Of a DNA stretch of 50,947 nt, positions 22,850 through 34,529 are shown one piece after another; the first letter of the stretch is position 1; every line of letters begins with the position of its first letter. Position numbers and translations under genes: made by a program. The stretch lies in contig NC_057719.1 in the NCBI RefSeq assembly GCF_004010195.1, positions 94,417,468 through 94,468,414 of the forward strand, written 5' to 3'. The notes under the pieces are model-generated. The model searched no databases. It was given only the letters and a program-made list of their open reading frames with translations, and was not told the DNA's origin. Source of the DNA: Chiloscyllium plagiosum. Taxonomy: Eukaryota.

Positions 22850-23909
22850 TTTATATGCTGTTGCATTGTTTTGGAACTTTGGGGAAAAAAAAGTCAAAAC
22901 AACAGCAGTTTAAAAGGGAGAAGAACAGACAAAGGAAGCATATGGTGAAGACAGTGCAGGAGAGAGAGAGAGTTTTTTAGATTACTTACAGTGTGGAAAT
23001 GGGCCCTTCGGCCCAACAAGTCCACACTGACCCACCGAAGCGCAACCCACCCAGACCCATTCCCCTCCATTTACCCATTCACCTAGCGCTATGGGCAATT
23101 TAGCATGGCCAATTCACCTAACCTGCACATTTTTGGACTGTGGGAGGAAACCGGAGCACCCGGTGGAAATCCACACAGACACGGGAGAATGTGCAAACTC
23201 CACACAGAGTCGCCTGAGGCGGGAATTGAACCTGGGTCTCTGGCGCTGTGAGGCAGCAGTGCTAACCACTGTGCCACCATGCAGGAGAGAGAAAGAGAGA
23301 GAGAACCTGCACAGTTACTGCTCATGATGTTTGAATTCGTGTATCGCTGGACATCAGAGTGCATCTGGGAAAATTATCAAACAGTGAAATTCACAACTAA
23401 TCTTGGAGGAACTGTTGGGCGAAGTTCACAACACAGAATCAGATAAGTTAATCATTGTTTTAAATGTGGCCTATAGTGAATCTGCAGTAGGGAGTAGAGT
23501 AGGTTCTTTCTTGATTATATATTTTTGGAGATATATAGAACATAGAACATAGAACATAGAACATAGAAGAATACAGCGCAGTACAGGCCCTTCCATAACT
23601 ATTAATTTAACCTGGGGCAGTGTTTGTAGAGGAATAAGACGGTGTTATTTTCTGGGTCTATAGATTGTGAAGGAGTAAAAATGGCCTTTAATAGAATGAT
23701 ATGTACTTCTTGTCAGATGTGGGAGTTTAAAGAGAGTTTAAGGGTTACTGCAGATTCTATTTGCCATAAATGCTGCTGGCTGCGAATCTTATCAGATCGA
23801 ATGGATCAGTTGGAGAGACAGTTAGAAGCAATGAGGAATTTGCAACAGCAACAATATGCGATGGATGGCAGTTATAGGAAGGGGGGAAAGTCTCAGATAC
23901 AGTCACATA
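22850..23909 (+). mobile_element. CR1 5' UTR plus ORF1 N-terminus (zinc finger/leucine zipper), inserted in the Gypsy integrase
   Basis: MAFNRMICTSCQMWE..ICHKCCWLRILSDRMDQLERQLEAMRNL from 23680 runs into the gap; a short inverted CR1 tail (catagaa)n sits at 23535-23593. Confidence 0.75.
22978..23280 (-). mobile_element. HE1-type V-SINE
   Basis: Full-length; flanked by the direct repeat tgcaggagagaga (about 22955 and 23280). Confidence 0.9.
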
Positions 23910-24005
23910 NNNNNNNNNNNNNNNNNNNNNNNNNNNNNNNNNNNNNNNNNNNNNNNNNNNNNNNNNNNNNNNNNNNNNNNNNNNNNNNNNNNNNNNNNNN
24001 NNNNN
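23910..24005. other. Assembly gap
   Basis: N run; other gaps at 25214-25309 and 44200-44392. Confidence 1.
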
Positions 24006-25597
24006 GTTATGGTAGGGGATTTTAACTTTCCAAACATAGACTGGGACTGCTATAGTGTTAAGGATTTAGATGGAGAGGAATTTGTTAAGTGTGTACAAGA
24101 CAATTTTCTGATTCAGTATTTGGGTGTACCTACGAGAGAAGGTGCAAAACTTGACCTATTCTTGGAAAATTAGGCAGGGCAGGTGACTGAGGTGTCAGTG
24201 GGGGAGCACTTTGGGGCCAGTGCCCATAATTCTATTAGATTTAAAATAGTGATGGAAAAGGATAGACCAGATCTAAAAGTTGAAGTTCTAAATTGGAGAA
24301 AGGCCAATTTTAATGGTATTCGGCAATAACTTTCAAAAGCTCATTGGAGGCAGATGTTCGCGGATAGCTGGGACAGCTGGAAAATGGGAAGCCTTCAGAA
24401 ATGAGATAATGAGAATCCAGAGAAAGTATATTCCTGTCAGAAAGGCTGGTAGGTATAGGGAACGCTGGATGACTAAAGAAATTGAGGGTTTGGTTAAGAA
24501 AAAGAAGGAAGCATATGTAAGGTATAGAGTCATAGAGATATACAGCATGGAAACAGACCCTTTGATCCAACCCGCCCATGCCGACCAGTTATCTCAACCC
24601 AATCTAGTCCCACCTGCCAGCACCGGTCCATATCCCTCCAAACCCTTCCTATTCATATACACATCCAAATGCCTTGAAAGTGGAGTCACAGGTAGATAGG
24701 TTAGTGAAGGCGGCATTTGGTATGCTTTCCTTTATTGGTCAGAGTATTGAGTACAGGAGTTGGGAGGTCATGTTACAGGACATTGGTTCGGCCACTGTTG
24801 GAATATTGCGTGCAATTCTGGTCTCCTACCTATCGGCAAGATGTTGTGAAACTTGAAAGGGTTCAGAAAAGATTTACAAGGATGTTGCCAGGGTTGGAGG
24901 ATCTGAGCTACAGGGTGAGGCTGAACAGGCTGGGGCTGTTTTCCCTGGAGCATTGGAGGCTGAGGGGTGACCTTATAGAGGTTTATGAAATTATGAGGGG
25001 CTTAGATAGGATAAATAGACAAATTCTTTTCCCTGGATAGATAGACAGGATAGATCGAGTGAATCATTAGAAGAAGAAGCAGAGTCATAGAGTCATAAAG
25101 ATGTAAAGCATGGAAACAGACCCTTCGGTCCAACCTGTCCACACTGACCAGATATCCCAACCCAATCTAGTCCCACCTGCCAGCACCCGGCCCATATCCC
25201 TCCAAACCCTTCCNNNNNNNNNNNNNNNNNNNNNNNNNNNNNNNNNNNNNNNNNNNNNNNNNNNNNNNNNNNNNNNNNNNNNNNNNNNNNNNNNNNNNNN
25301 NNNNNNNNNGCCTCTCCCTATAGCTCAAATCCTCCAACCCTGGCAACATCCTTGTAAATCTTTTCTGAACCCTTTCAAGTTTCACAACATGGAATGAGCT
25401 GCCAGAGGAAGTGATGGAGGCTGGTACAATTGCAACATTTAAGAGGCATTTGGGTGGGTATATAAATAGGAAGGATTTGAAGGGATATGGGCTGGATGCT
25501 GGCAGGTAGTTCTAGATTGGGCTGGGATATCTAGTCGGCGTGGACAGGTAGGACTGAAGGGTCTGTTTCCATGCTGTTCATCTCTATGACTCTATGA
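24006..25597. mobile_element. Mosaic of CR1 ORF2 and 3' fragments in alternating orientation
   Basis: APE piece GDFNFPNIDW..PTREGAKLDL (+, 24006-24520); 3' tail (-, 24525-24672); LVRPLLEYCVQFWSP (+, 24673-25038); tail/RT (-, 25083-25388); 3' UTR ending ctatgactctatga (+, 25389-25597). Confidence 0.85.
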
Positions 25598-27285
25598 CTG
25601 TATCTGGATAGTCTTGACAATTAGCCCTTAACATGGTCTTTAATGTCTGATGACACCTTTCTAGCACTCCCTGCAATTCTGGATGGTATGCAGTGGATTT
25701 GAATTGTTTTATTTCTAACCTATCCATAACTTCCTTGAATAATTTTGATGTAAAATTTGCCCTTTGATCTGATTGTATTTCTGTGGGTAGTCTGTAGCTT
25801 GTGAAAAATTTGAGTAATTCTTCTGCTATCTTTTTAGTCGTGATATTATGTAAGGGAATGGCTTCTGGAAATCTAGTGGACACATCCATTATTGTTAACA
25901 CATACTGATTCCCTGCTTTTTGTTTTAGGTAGGGGTCCTACACAATAAATTAAGACTAGTGATCATGGTTCCTCAAATGCAGAAATCGGCATTAAAGTTG
26001 CAGGTTTTATTGCTGCCTGTTGTTTTCCAATTACATGACATATCTCGCAAAATTTAGGTACATCCTTATACAGTCCAAGGCAATAAAAATAGTTTGTCTT
26101 ACTGCTAAATGACCTCCAACTGGTAATTCATGTGCTACCCACAACATTGCCTTTCTATAACCCACTTACAATACAACTTGATTAACTTCTGCCCATTTCT
26201 AATGTGCCTGAATATGTGATGGTCTCCATTTCCTCATTATGACTTCATTTTTAAGATAGTAGCATTCAGGTATCCACTCAGATTCTACTTCCGTGTATGC
26301 TTTTTGATACAATTGCTTCAATTTTTCATATTTCTGTTGTAACTCAGTTAATTTCTCTAAGCTAAAAATATTCACTTTGTCCTCTACCTGTTCCTGTTTG
26401 ATGTCAACCATTTGATCAAAAATGGTCTCCAATTATTCCAGTTCAGTTTCCTTATCTGTATTCTATGATTGGTAACTGGTGACTTTGTGACCTTGTTATC
26501 ACACAATTAGGAAAAATCCATTGATTTACTTCCTGTAATACCTGATTTTCCACTGGCTTTTCAACCACAGTAGGCAGCACTCTACCTGTGACCCAGCTAT
26601 ATCATTAGCAAGGACAAATCGTATTCTTGGAGCTGAGAGTTTTTCCAGTACTCCTACTGCTGCTTCTCTACTTTGCACTCTCTACTTGTAATGGATTGCT
26701 TCTTGTCTCACCATGAAGTCCACATACTAGTACTTTTATTAGCAATAGTCCTTCTGAGTTACATATCTCCTCATCTCTCAACATCAAAGATTGACATGAT
26801 CCTGTATCTCTTAATACTGCAATTTCTTTACCTGCTGCTCCTGGCCGATGTGAGTAAACTCTACCTTCGCGGCTATATGGTTGAAGAAGATCTGCCATTT
26901 CCTCCTTAACAAACCCCTGCCCAAATTGTACATTCTGGTGCAGCTTTCTAGCCACCACTGTGCCTTCTGTTACCACTCCAACAAAATGCCAGGTGGCTTA
27001 TCCTGTTTTCCTGTACCTCGCTTCTCAGTGCTTTTCCTAAGCCACCAACATTGTGACTTCATGTGGCCTGCTTTATTGTAGTGAAAACACTGGAGCTTTT
27101 TAACTTCTCTTTCCCCTTCATGGGTTTCTTTTTTACGCTGTGGTAAACTATCTTTATTATCTTCACCGAGATCTACTTTTCTCTTACCATGTAAAAATTT
27201 CTCTTTTCCCCAGTTGTCACCCCTCACGGATTGAAATTGACATTGGAAGCCAAACTTTGAATTATGAACCAACTCATAATCATCA

Positions 27286-27689
27286 CTTATGATGACTTAC
27301 CAGGGGTAAGCAATGGGGCACAAATCTCTGGCACAAAATCTGTCCCTGTTGCTCAGAAGGGAAGGGGGATGTGGAGCTGAGCATTAATCATGGGGACTCC
27401 ATAGTCGGGGGGACAGATAGGAGGTTCTCTGACAATGAGAGAAGCTCATGATTAGTATGTTGCCCCCCAGATGCCAGGGTTTGTGATGTCTCTGATCGTG
27501 TTTTCGGGATCCTTGCGGGGGAGTGGGAGCAGCCCAAGTCTTGGTCCACATAGGCAACAATGACATAGGTAGGAAGAAAGGTGGGGATCTAAGGCAGAAA
27601 TTCAGGGAGCTCGGGTGGAAGTTTAGAGTAAGAACAAACAAATTTGTTATCTCTGGTTTGTTGCCTGTGCCACGTGCTAGTGAAGCGAG

Positions 27690-27730
<41 letters not shown>

Positions 27731-30356
27731 TTGAACACAAGGCTGCAGGGATGGTGCAGGAGGGAGTGTTTTGGTGTTTTGGATTCTTGGATAATTGGAC
27801 CTCTTTCTGGGGTAGGTGGGAACCTCTACAAACAGGATGGTCTTCACCTGAACCAGAGATATCTATATTCTGGCGGGGAAATTTGCTAGTGCTCTTTGGA
27901 GGGGTCGAAACTAATGCAGCAGGGGGATGGGAACATGGATTGTAGTTCCAGTGTAAAGGAGGTTGAGTGTAGTGAGGTCAGGGATAGGCTTACAAGGTCG
28001 CGAGAGGACATCGGCAATCGGGATGTTGGTTTGAAATGCATGTACTTCAATGCCAGGAGCATCCGGAATAAGATGGGTGGACTTGCAGCATGGGTTCGTA
28101 TCTGGGATTTCGATGTTGTGGCCATTTCAGAGACATGGCTGGAGGAGGGACAGGAATAGTTGTTGCAGATTCTGGGATTTAGATGTTTCAGCAAGAGCAG
28201 AGAAGATGGTATAAGAGAGGTGTGGCATTGTTCATCAAGGATAGTTGTACAGCCGCTGAGATAAACATTTGAGGACCCATCCACTGAGGTAGTTTAGGCT
28301 GAGGTTAGAAACAGGAAGGAGAGGTCACCCTGTTGAGAGTTTTCTGTAGGCCTCCGAATTGTTCCAGGGATGCAGAGCAAAGGATAGCAAAGATGATTCT
28401 TGATAGGAGCGAGAGTAACAGCGTAATTGTTATGGGGTCTTTAACTTCCCCAATATTGACCGGGAATACTATAGTTCAAGTAGTTTAGATGGGTCAGTTT
28501 TTGTTCAATGTGTGCAGGAGAGTTTCCTGACACAGTATGTGGACAGGCCAACAAGGGGCGATGCCATATTGGATTTGGTACTGGGGAGTGAACCCGACCA
28601 GGCATTAGATTTGGAGGTAGGTGAACACTTTGCTGATAGTGACTACAATTTGGTTATGTTTAAAATAGCAATGGGCAGGGATAGATATATACCGCAGGGA
28701 AAGAGGAATAACTAGGGGAAAGGGCAATATGATGAGACTGGATTAGATAGGATTGCGGTTGACAAAGAGGAGGTTTTAGCAATTTTGGAAGATCTGAAAA
28801 TAGATAAGACCCCAGGGCCGAATGGGTTTTATTCTCTGGTTCTCTGGGAAGCCCTGGATGAGATTGCAGAGCCTTTGGCTTTGATCTTTATGTCATCATT
28901 GTCGACAGGAGTAGTGTCAGAAGGCTGGAGGATAACAAATGTTGTTCCCCTGTTTAAGAAGGGGAGTCGGAACAACCCTGATAATTATAGACCAGTGAGC
29001 CTTAATTCGGTTGTGGGTAAGGTTTTGGAAAAGATTACAAGAGCTAGGATTTGTAATCATCTGGAAAGGAATAATTTGATTGGGGTAGTTGACATGGTTT
29101 TGTGAAAGGTAGGTTGTGCCTCACAAACCTTATTGAGTTCTTCGAGATGGTGACAAAACAGGTGGATGAAGGTAAAGCAGTTGATGTGGTGTACATGGAC
29201 TTCAGTAAGGCATTTGATAAGGTTCCCACGGTAGGCTATTGCACAAAATACAGAGTTTCGGGGTTGAAGGTGATTGAGCGGGTTGGATCAGAAATTGGCT
29301 AGCTGAGAGAAGACAGAGGGTGGTAGTTGATGGGAAATGTTCATCTTGGAGCTCAGTTACCAGTGGTGTACTGCAAGGATCTGTTTTGGGGCCACTGCTA
29401 TTTGTCATTTTTATAAATGATCTGGAGGTGGGTGTAGAAGGATGGGTTAGTAAATTTGCGGATGACGCTAAGGTCGGCAGAGTTGTGAATAGTGCTGAAG
29501 GCTGTTGTGGGTTACAGAGGGACATAGATAAGATGCAGAGCTGGGCAGAGAAGTGGCAAATGGAATTTAATGCGGAAAAGTATGAGGTATTTACTTTGGA
29601 AGAAGTAACAGGAATGCAGAATACTGGGCTAATGGTAAAATTCTTGGCAATGTAGATGAACAGAGAGATTTCGGTGTCTTGGTGCATAAATCTCTGCAAG
29701 TTGCCACCCAGGTTGATTGAGTTGTTAAGAAGGCATAAGGTGTGTTGGCATTTATTGGTAAGGGGATTGAGTTTTGGAGCCACGAGGTAATGCTTCAGCT
29801 GTACAAGACACTGGTGCAGCCGCACATGGAGTATTGCATAGAGTCCTGGTCAATGTATTATAGGAAGGATTTGGAAGCTTTCGAAGGGGGTCAGAGGAGA
29901 TTTACTACGATGTTGTTTGGTGTGGAGGGAAGGTCTTGTGAAGAAAGGTTGAAGGAACTGAGGGTGTTTTCGTTGGAGAGAAGAAGGTTGAGAGGTGACT
30001 TAATTGAGACGTATAAAATAATCAGAGGATTAGATAGGGTGGACAGTGAATACCTTTTTCCTCTGATGGTGAAGGCTAACACAGTGGGACATGGCTTTAA
30101 ATTGAAGGGTGATAGATTTAGGTCAGATATCCGGGGTAGTTTCTTTACTCAGAAAGTAGTAGGGGCATGGAATGGCCTTCCTGCAATGGTATTAGACTCG
30201 TCGTCATTAAGGGCATTTAAATGGGCATTGGACATACATATGGATAATAATGGAACTGTGTAGGTTAGATGGGCATCAGATTAATTTCACAGGTTGGTGA
30301 AACATCGAGGGCCGAAGGCCTTGTACTGCGCTGTAACGTTCTATTTTCCATGTTCT
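27286..30356 (+). mobile_element. Long CR1 LINE (ORF1 esterase, APE, RT, 3' tail) with internal deletion, pseudogenised
   Basis: GDSIV / VHIGNNDIG / DGLHLN; CMYFNARSIRNK / AISETWL; YRPVSL, MDFSKAFDKVP, QGSVLGPLLF, FADD; 4-bp atca duplicated at 27282-27285 and 30357-30360; removing the insert restores Gypsy AAEMADDYELVH. Confidence 0.92.
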
Positions 30357-31438
30357 ATCAGCCATCTCAGCTGCTAATCTCTCTGCTCTTCCACATGAGT
30401 ACTGACTACTTCAGGAAGTGAATTGTTGAAATTCCCCAAAATAATTGCCTAAGAGCGCCATATGTTTGAGCTATTTTTAATGCCCTTACCGACCTATCAA
30501 AATTGCTTTGTTTGATTCTTTCAAACTCTATATAGGTTTGACCACAGTCCCTCCTTAGATTCCAGAAACACTGTAGGCTTCTGGCACAAGCTCATATGCA
30601 CTTAAGATGGTTTTCTTCACCTCCTCATACCAGATAGGTCCACTGACAGTGATGCAGATATCTTACTAGGTCTACCTACCACCTTTGTTTGGATCGATAA
30701 AACCCATGTGATCACTGGCTACTTCATTTGTTTAGCCACTTTCTCAAATGAGATGAAAAAGGCTACATCCTTCTTATCAAATCTAGGCAATGCTTGGATA
30801 TCTTTGAACAGATCCCGACCAGGCCTTTGGCTACGATGGGGTTTGCTCATTCTCATTATCCTTCTCAGTAAACCTTCCTTCTTCCTTCACCTCCACCCTT
30901 TTAAGCCAACCTTTCTGTCTAAGGACCAATTTCTAAAGTTCAAACTCTCTCTCTTTCTCCCTTTCCTCTTTCTCTTTTTCCCTTTCTTCACTCTATTTTT
31001 TTCCTTTCTTCTGCCAGCTTTCTCTCCTTTTCTTTTTGTTCTGCAAAAGCGATTCTGTCCTTTTTCTTCTGCTTTTAACTGTAATTCAAACTGTTTTCGG
31101 TTCCTCTTTACCATTCAAGAAGCTTGAATTTTAGCCATTTCCAAAGATTCCAATTGGATTTGCAGCAAATGTAAATGCTGAGCTATTGCTGTAATTACCC
31201 GCCTCTTCTCCCAGATTGAAGGCAAATCCAACTCCAGCTTGTCTGCCAATTCCAACAGCTTTGTCTTGCTCACTTTTCTAAATCCCAGTCAAACTCTTAT
31301 TGACTGAAAAAGTCATCACTACACCAAGCACTGTTTGCACCAAATGATTTCAACACCTGGAACAAAAGACACGAACATCTACTACTCGCTGCCTTCGAGC
31401 TCAAGAACCCCAAATCCAAATTGGAATTATAGAATCAA

Positions 31439-31456
31439 TCCTGACAAGAGCCCCCA
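31439..31456 (-). promoter_or_regulatory. Primer-binding site, tRNA-Pro-like (degenerate)
   Basis: Minus strand tgggggctcttgtcagga, 3 nt after the LTR end; the first 9 nt match the canonical Pro PBS TGGGGGCTCGTCCGGGAT. Confidence 0.7.
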
Positions 31457-31459
31457 ATT

Positions 31460-32398
31460 TGCTATGGACCAGGCCAGACCCCCTCAAAATATTTTAAGAA
31501 GGTAGCCTAGACCCTAACTTTTTCTTATTTTAAAGGCAGATGTGAAGTGGATATTCCAGGTGTGGTGCAGCTGGTCAAATCACTCGGCTTTAAGCAAAAC
31601 AAAATTTATTTAAACTCTACAGTTGAAAAGCGAATCAAAGAAAACAGAATTTAGAATAACTTAACTATTGGAAAACCTAACAGACCCGATACAGCAAATT
31701 AAATAAGAAACTGTTCCAATCCAGTAACATCCCATAAACACACCCATCGGCAAAAAATTGAATCACAGATTCTTATTACAGACAGGAGGGAACAACTTTC
31801 AAAGAGATTTCGGAGAGAAAGTCAGTCAGGAATCATCTTCTGAAGCTTGCAATCTATCCTGGACTCCAGCATCTTGTGACTGCCACAGCCAAACCAAACT
31901 AGAAAATATCTGAACTGGGACAACTGACCATTCCCCTGCCATTGTTAAACTAGGCTCTTCCTAGACCCCTCGGCGGCACGGTGGCATAGTGGTTAGCACT
32001 GCTGCCTCACAGCGCCAGAGACCCAGGTTCAATTCCCGCCTCAGGCGACTGACTGTGTGGAGTTTGCACGTTCTCCCTGTGTCTGCGTGGGTTTCCTCCG
32101 GGTGCTCCGGTTTCCTCCCACAGTCCAAAGATGTGCAGGTCAGGTGAATTGGCCATGCTAAATTGCCCGTGGTGTTAAGTAAGGGGTAAAATGTAGGGGT
32201 ATGGGTGGGTTGCGCTTCAGCGGGGCGGTGTGGACTTGTTGGGCCGAAGGGCCTATTTCCACACTGTAAGTAAGTAATCTAATCTAATCTAATCTAATCT
32301 AATCTAATCTAATCTAATCTCGGCACCTCTGCCTTTACGACCCCTCTTAAAATCAAAATCCAAGGACAAAATAACCTGTTAAAGTGACAGTCATCACA
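31460..32398 (-). repeat. 5' LTR of the Gmr1-like element (contains an HE1 insertion)
   Basis: Minus-strand TG...CA termini (tgtgatga ... ccatagca); AATAAA near 31605; adjacent PBS. Confidence 0.8.
31972..32320 (+). mobile_element. Young full-length HE1-type V-SINE with (AATCT)n tail
   Basis: CpG-rich intact head ggcggcacggtggcatagtggttagc, B box ggttcaattccc, about 9 AATCT units, short flanking repeat ctcggc. Confidence 0.95.
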
Positions 32399-32598
32399 GT
32401 TACAAACAGTCAGTGGCTTTAGGCAGGCCATATCATCCATATACTTGACACAAGACTCCCAGAGACAAGCTTTGTACTCCAAGCTTCATCGCCTCTTTAT
32501 TACTGTGCAATAACCTGATGTGATTTTACTTTGTTTTTTTTCAGTGCCTGTAAGTTTAGTGTAATAATTGAGTAAGCCTGACTAGAAAGAAACATCGC

Positions 32599-32812
32599 AG
32601 AAAATGTGTTGCTGGAAAAGCGCAGCAAGTCAGGCAGCATTCAGGGAACAGGAGAATCGACGTTTCGGGCATAAGCCCTTCTTCAGGAATTCCTGACCTG
32701 ACCTGACCTGCTGCCTGACCTGCTGCCTGACCAGCTGCCTGACCTGCTGCGCTTTTCCAGCAACACATTTTCTGCGTTGATCTCCAGCATCTGCAGTCCT
32801 CACTTCCTCCTC
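32599..32812. mobile_element. Fold-back family B element with slippage repeats in one arm
   Basis: 17-bp TSD ctagaaagaaacatcgc at 32582-32598 and 32813-32829; intact minus-strand core at 32659-32686; in the right arm the ribozyme is replaced by (cctga)n and 12-mer cctgacctgctg repeats. Confidence 0.9.
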
Positions 32813-33344
32813 CTAGAAAGAAACATCGCTTATTGTTGAACATAAACAAAAGACATTACTTGGGGTATACATAGACTAGTCCCAGCTGAGAACATACAGT
32901 TCATCAGAGCTGTATTTGGGACTGTTGTGCTATGACATACAACCAAATGGTTTTCCCACAGCAAATCACTGTGACATTTTTGTTTTTTAATTCAACTAAC
33001 GACCACCATCATCAGTTAATCACCTGTGCAGCCAATTGGATATTTATTTACAAGTAAGGGCAATGTTAAGAGTGATGCAGCCCATGAAAAGTGAGGGAGT
33101 GGTAGTGAAATTGGCAACGGGCGACATGAAATTATTGATTTGGAGGAGGAGATAAAGTACAGTATCCCCTGTGGTGCCTACCTCACTCTAATGACATCAA
33201 GAGTGTTGGTGCACACTGCTCCCTCTTCAAGGACACCTGAGCATGAACATAGCCAATATCTGTAAGTGCTGTCGCATGCAATTGAATGTTGTTTGTTCCT
33301 ATCACCAAATCACTGTGACTTTCTTTTTGTTTTTAGCTACTAAT

Positions 33345-33632
33345 TGGGTCTGCTTTATAGATTTTTTTCTCATCAACCTGCCTTGTGATGTTATTACATA
33401 CCTCTGAAGCAGGTGGGGCTTAAACCCTGGTCTGCTGGCTCAGAGGTAGGGGCATTACCACTGGATTACCAATGTCCCTCTGGGTCTGCATTATATTTTA
33501 ACTTGCTTACTCCTCTAAGTGATATACACTTTTTTTGATGAACATGTGTCCTCTGATGGAGGTGAGACTTGTACTTGGTCCAAAGGTGGGACACTACACT
33601 GCACCACAAGTGTCCCCTGGGTCTGCTTTATT
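33345..33632 (-). repeat. Diverged tandem of ~136-bp units, each holding a tRNA-like SINE head
   Basis: tgggtctgc(t/a)tta recurs at 33345, 33481 and 33618; the intervening units resemble 5775-5872 and 5957-6057. Confidence 0.6.
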
Positions 33633-33687
33633 TCTTTTTAAAAGCATCTAGAAGTATTATTATGTACAAATGACCAACTTTCCCAAC

Positions 33688-33973
33688 GATTCCAGCCTTG
33701 GGCGACAATCTGTGTGGAGTTTGCATGTTCTTCCTGTGTCTGTGTGGGTTTCCTCCAGGTGTTCCAGTTTCCTCCCACAGCCCATAGATGTGTGGGCTAG
33801 GTGGATTGGCCATGCTAAATCACCCACAGTGTTGGGGATGTGTAGGTTGGGTGAATTTGTTGAATGTGTAGAGTAATGGGGTGGGGGAATTGGTCTGGGT
33901 GGGTTGCTCTTTGGAGGGTCAGTCTGGACTTGTTGGGCTGAAGGGCCTGTTTTCACACTGTCGGGATTCTATG
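33688..33973 (+). mobile_element. 5'-truncated HE1-like V-SINE
   Basis: V-domain and tail ...gggcctgttttcacactgtcgggattctatga. Confidence 0.85.
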
Positions 33974-34529
33974 AATAATCACCCATGTAGCCAATTACAT
34001 ATCTACATACAAGGTCCTTTCTGACCAATGCAAGCCATCAAAAAGGAGGAATTTTGCTTTATGGAGGGTTCACATGTTGAACTCCATCTGGGCAGGCCAT
34101 TGCCTGTTATCAAGGGAACTCATACTCAATGAGGTCCATGAAGAGATTAATTAGAGATGCCTCTTGAGCCTTGTAGGGATTATCACAATTATTTAAACAA
34201 ATTAAATTGTCTGAAGTGGATCAAAGTTTTTTTTTACTTGACATTATAAATATGTGAGGTTGATTGACACTTTTCAGCAGTTGTAAGCTCAGTAGTTTTA
34301 TTTTCAAATTATCTTTTCCAACTCTACATCTGTTGTCAGTTTCAGGAAAAACATGAAGGGCACAGTGGGTGGTTGAGAGGATGAGGTAGTGAAGGTTTGA
34401 CTGCAGTCCTGATTGCAACTGGTGTGATCTCCTGGTAAATACATTAATTTCCATTGTTGCTTCAGTTGTGTCTCAGGAACTGAATTCAATTTCAGCTCCC
34501 TGCTCCTACTTCCCTAAAACATGAATAGA

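Larger units (their letters stand above)
21821..32398 (-). mobile_element. Disrupted Gmr1-like Gypsy LTR retrotransposon (LTR-PBS-gag/SCAN-CCHC-PR-IN-RT), 3'-truncated
   Basis: Minus-strand order: LTR 32398-31460; PBS; gag ALPRFDKKDVAFFISFEKVAKQMK (~30.75 kb); SCAN-like end NSLPEVVSTHVEEQ..AAEMADDY; CFHYNKAGHMKSQC (~27.07 kb); LRDTGSCQS (~26.8 kb); integrase LTIMDVSTRFPEAIPL / IQSDQ / AYHP (25.6-25.9 kb), PNESTKFSPF and ARFSGPFQV (22.4-22.85 kb); RT DLLGGYWQ..AFVTPNGLYRF (21.8-22.0 kb). Confidence 0.9.

Noticed and set aside
30708..31127. Phe/Leu-rich 139-aa ORF
   Set aside because: It is the antisense of the purine-rich coiled-coil part of the Gypsy gag.
31972..32045. tRNA gene
   Set aside because: The tRNA-like head continues into the V-domain and tail found in many dispersed copies, so it is a SINE.
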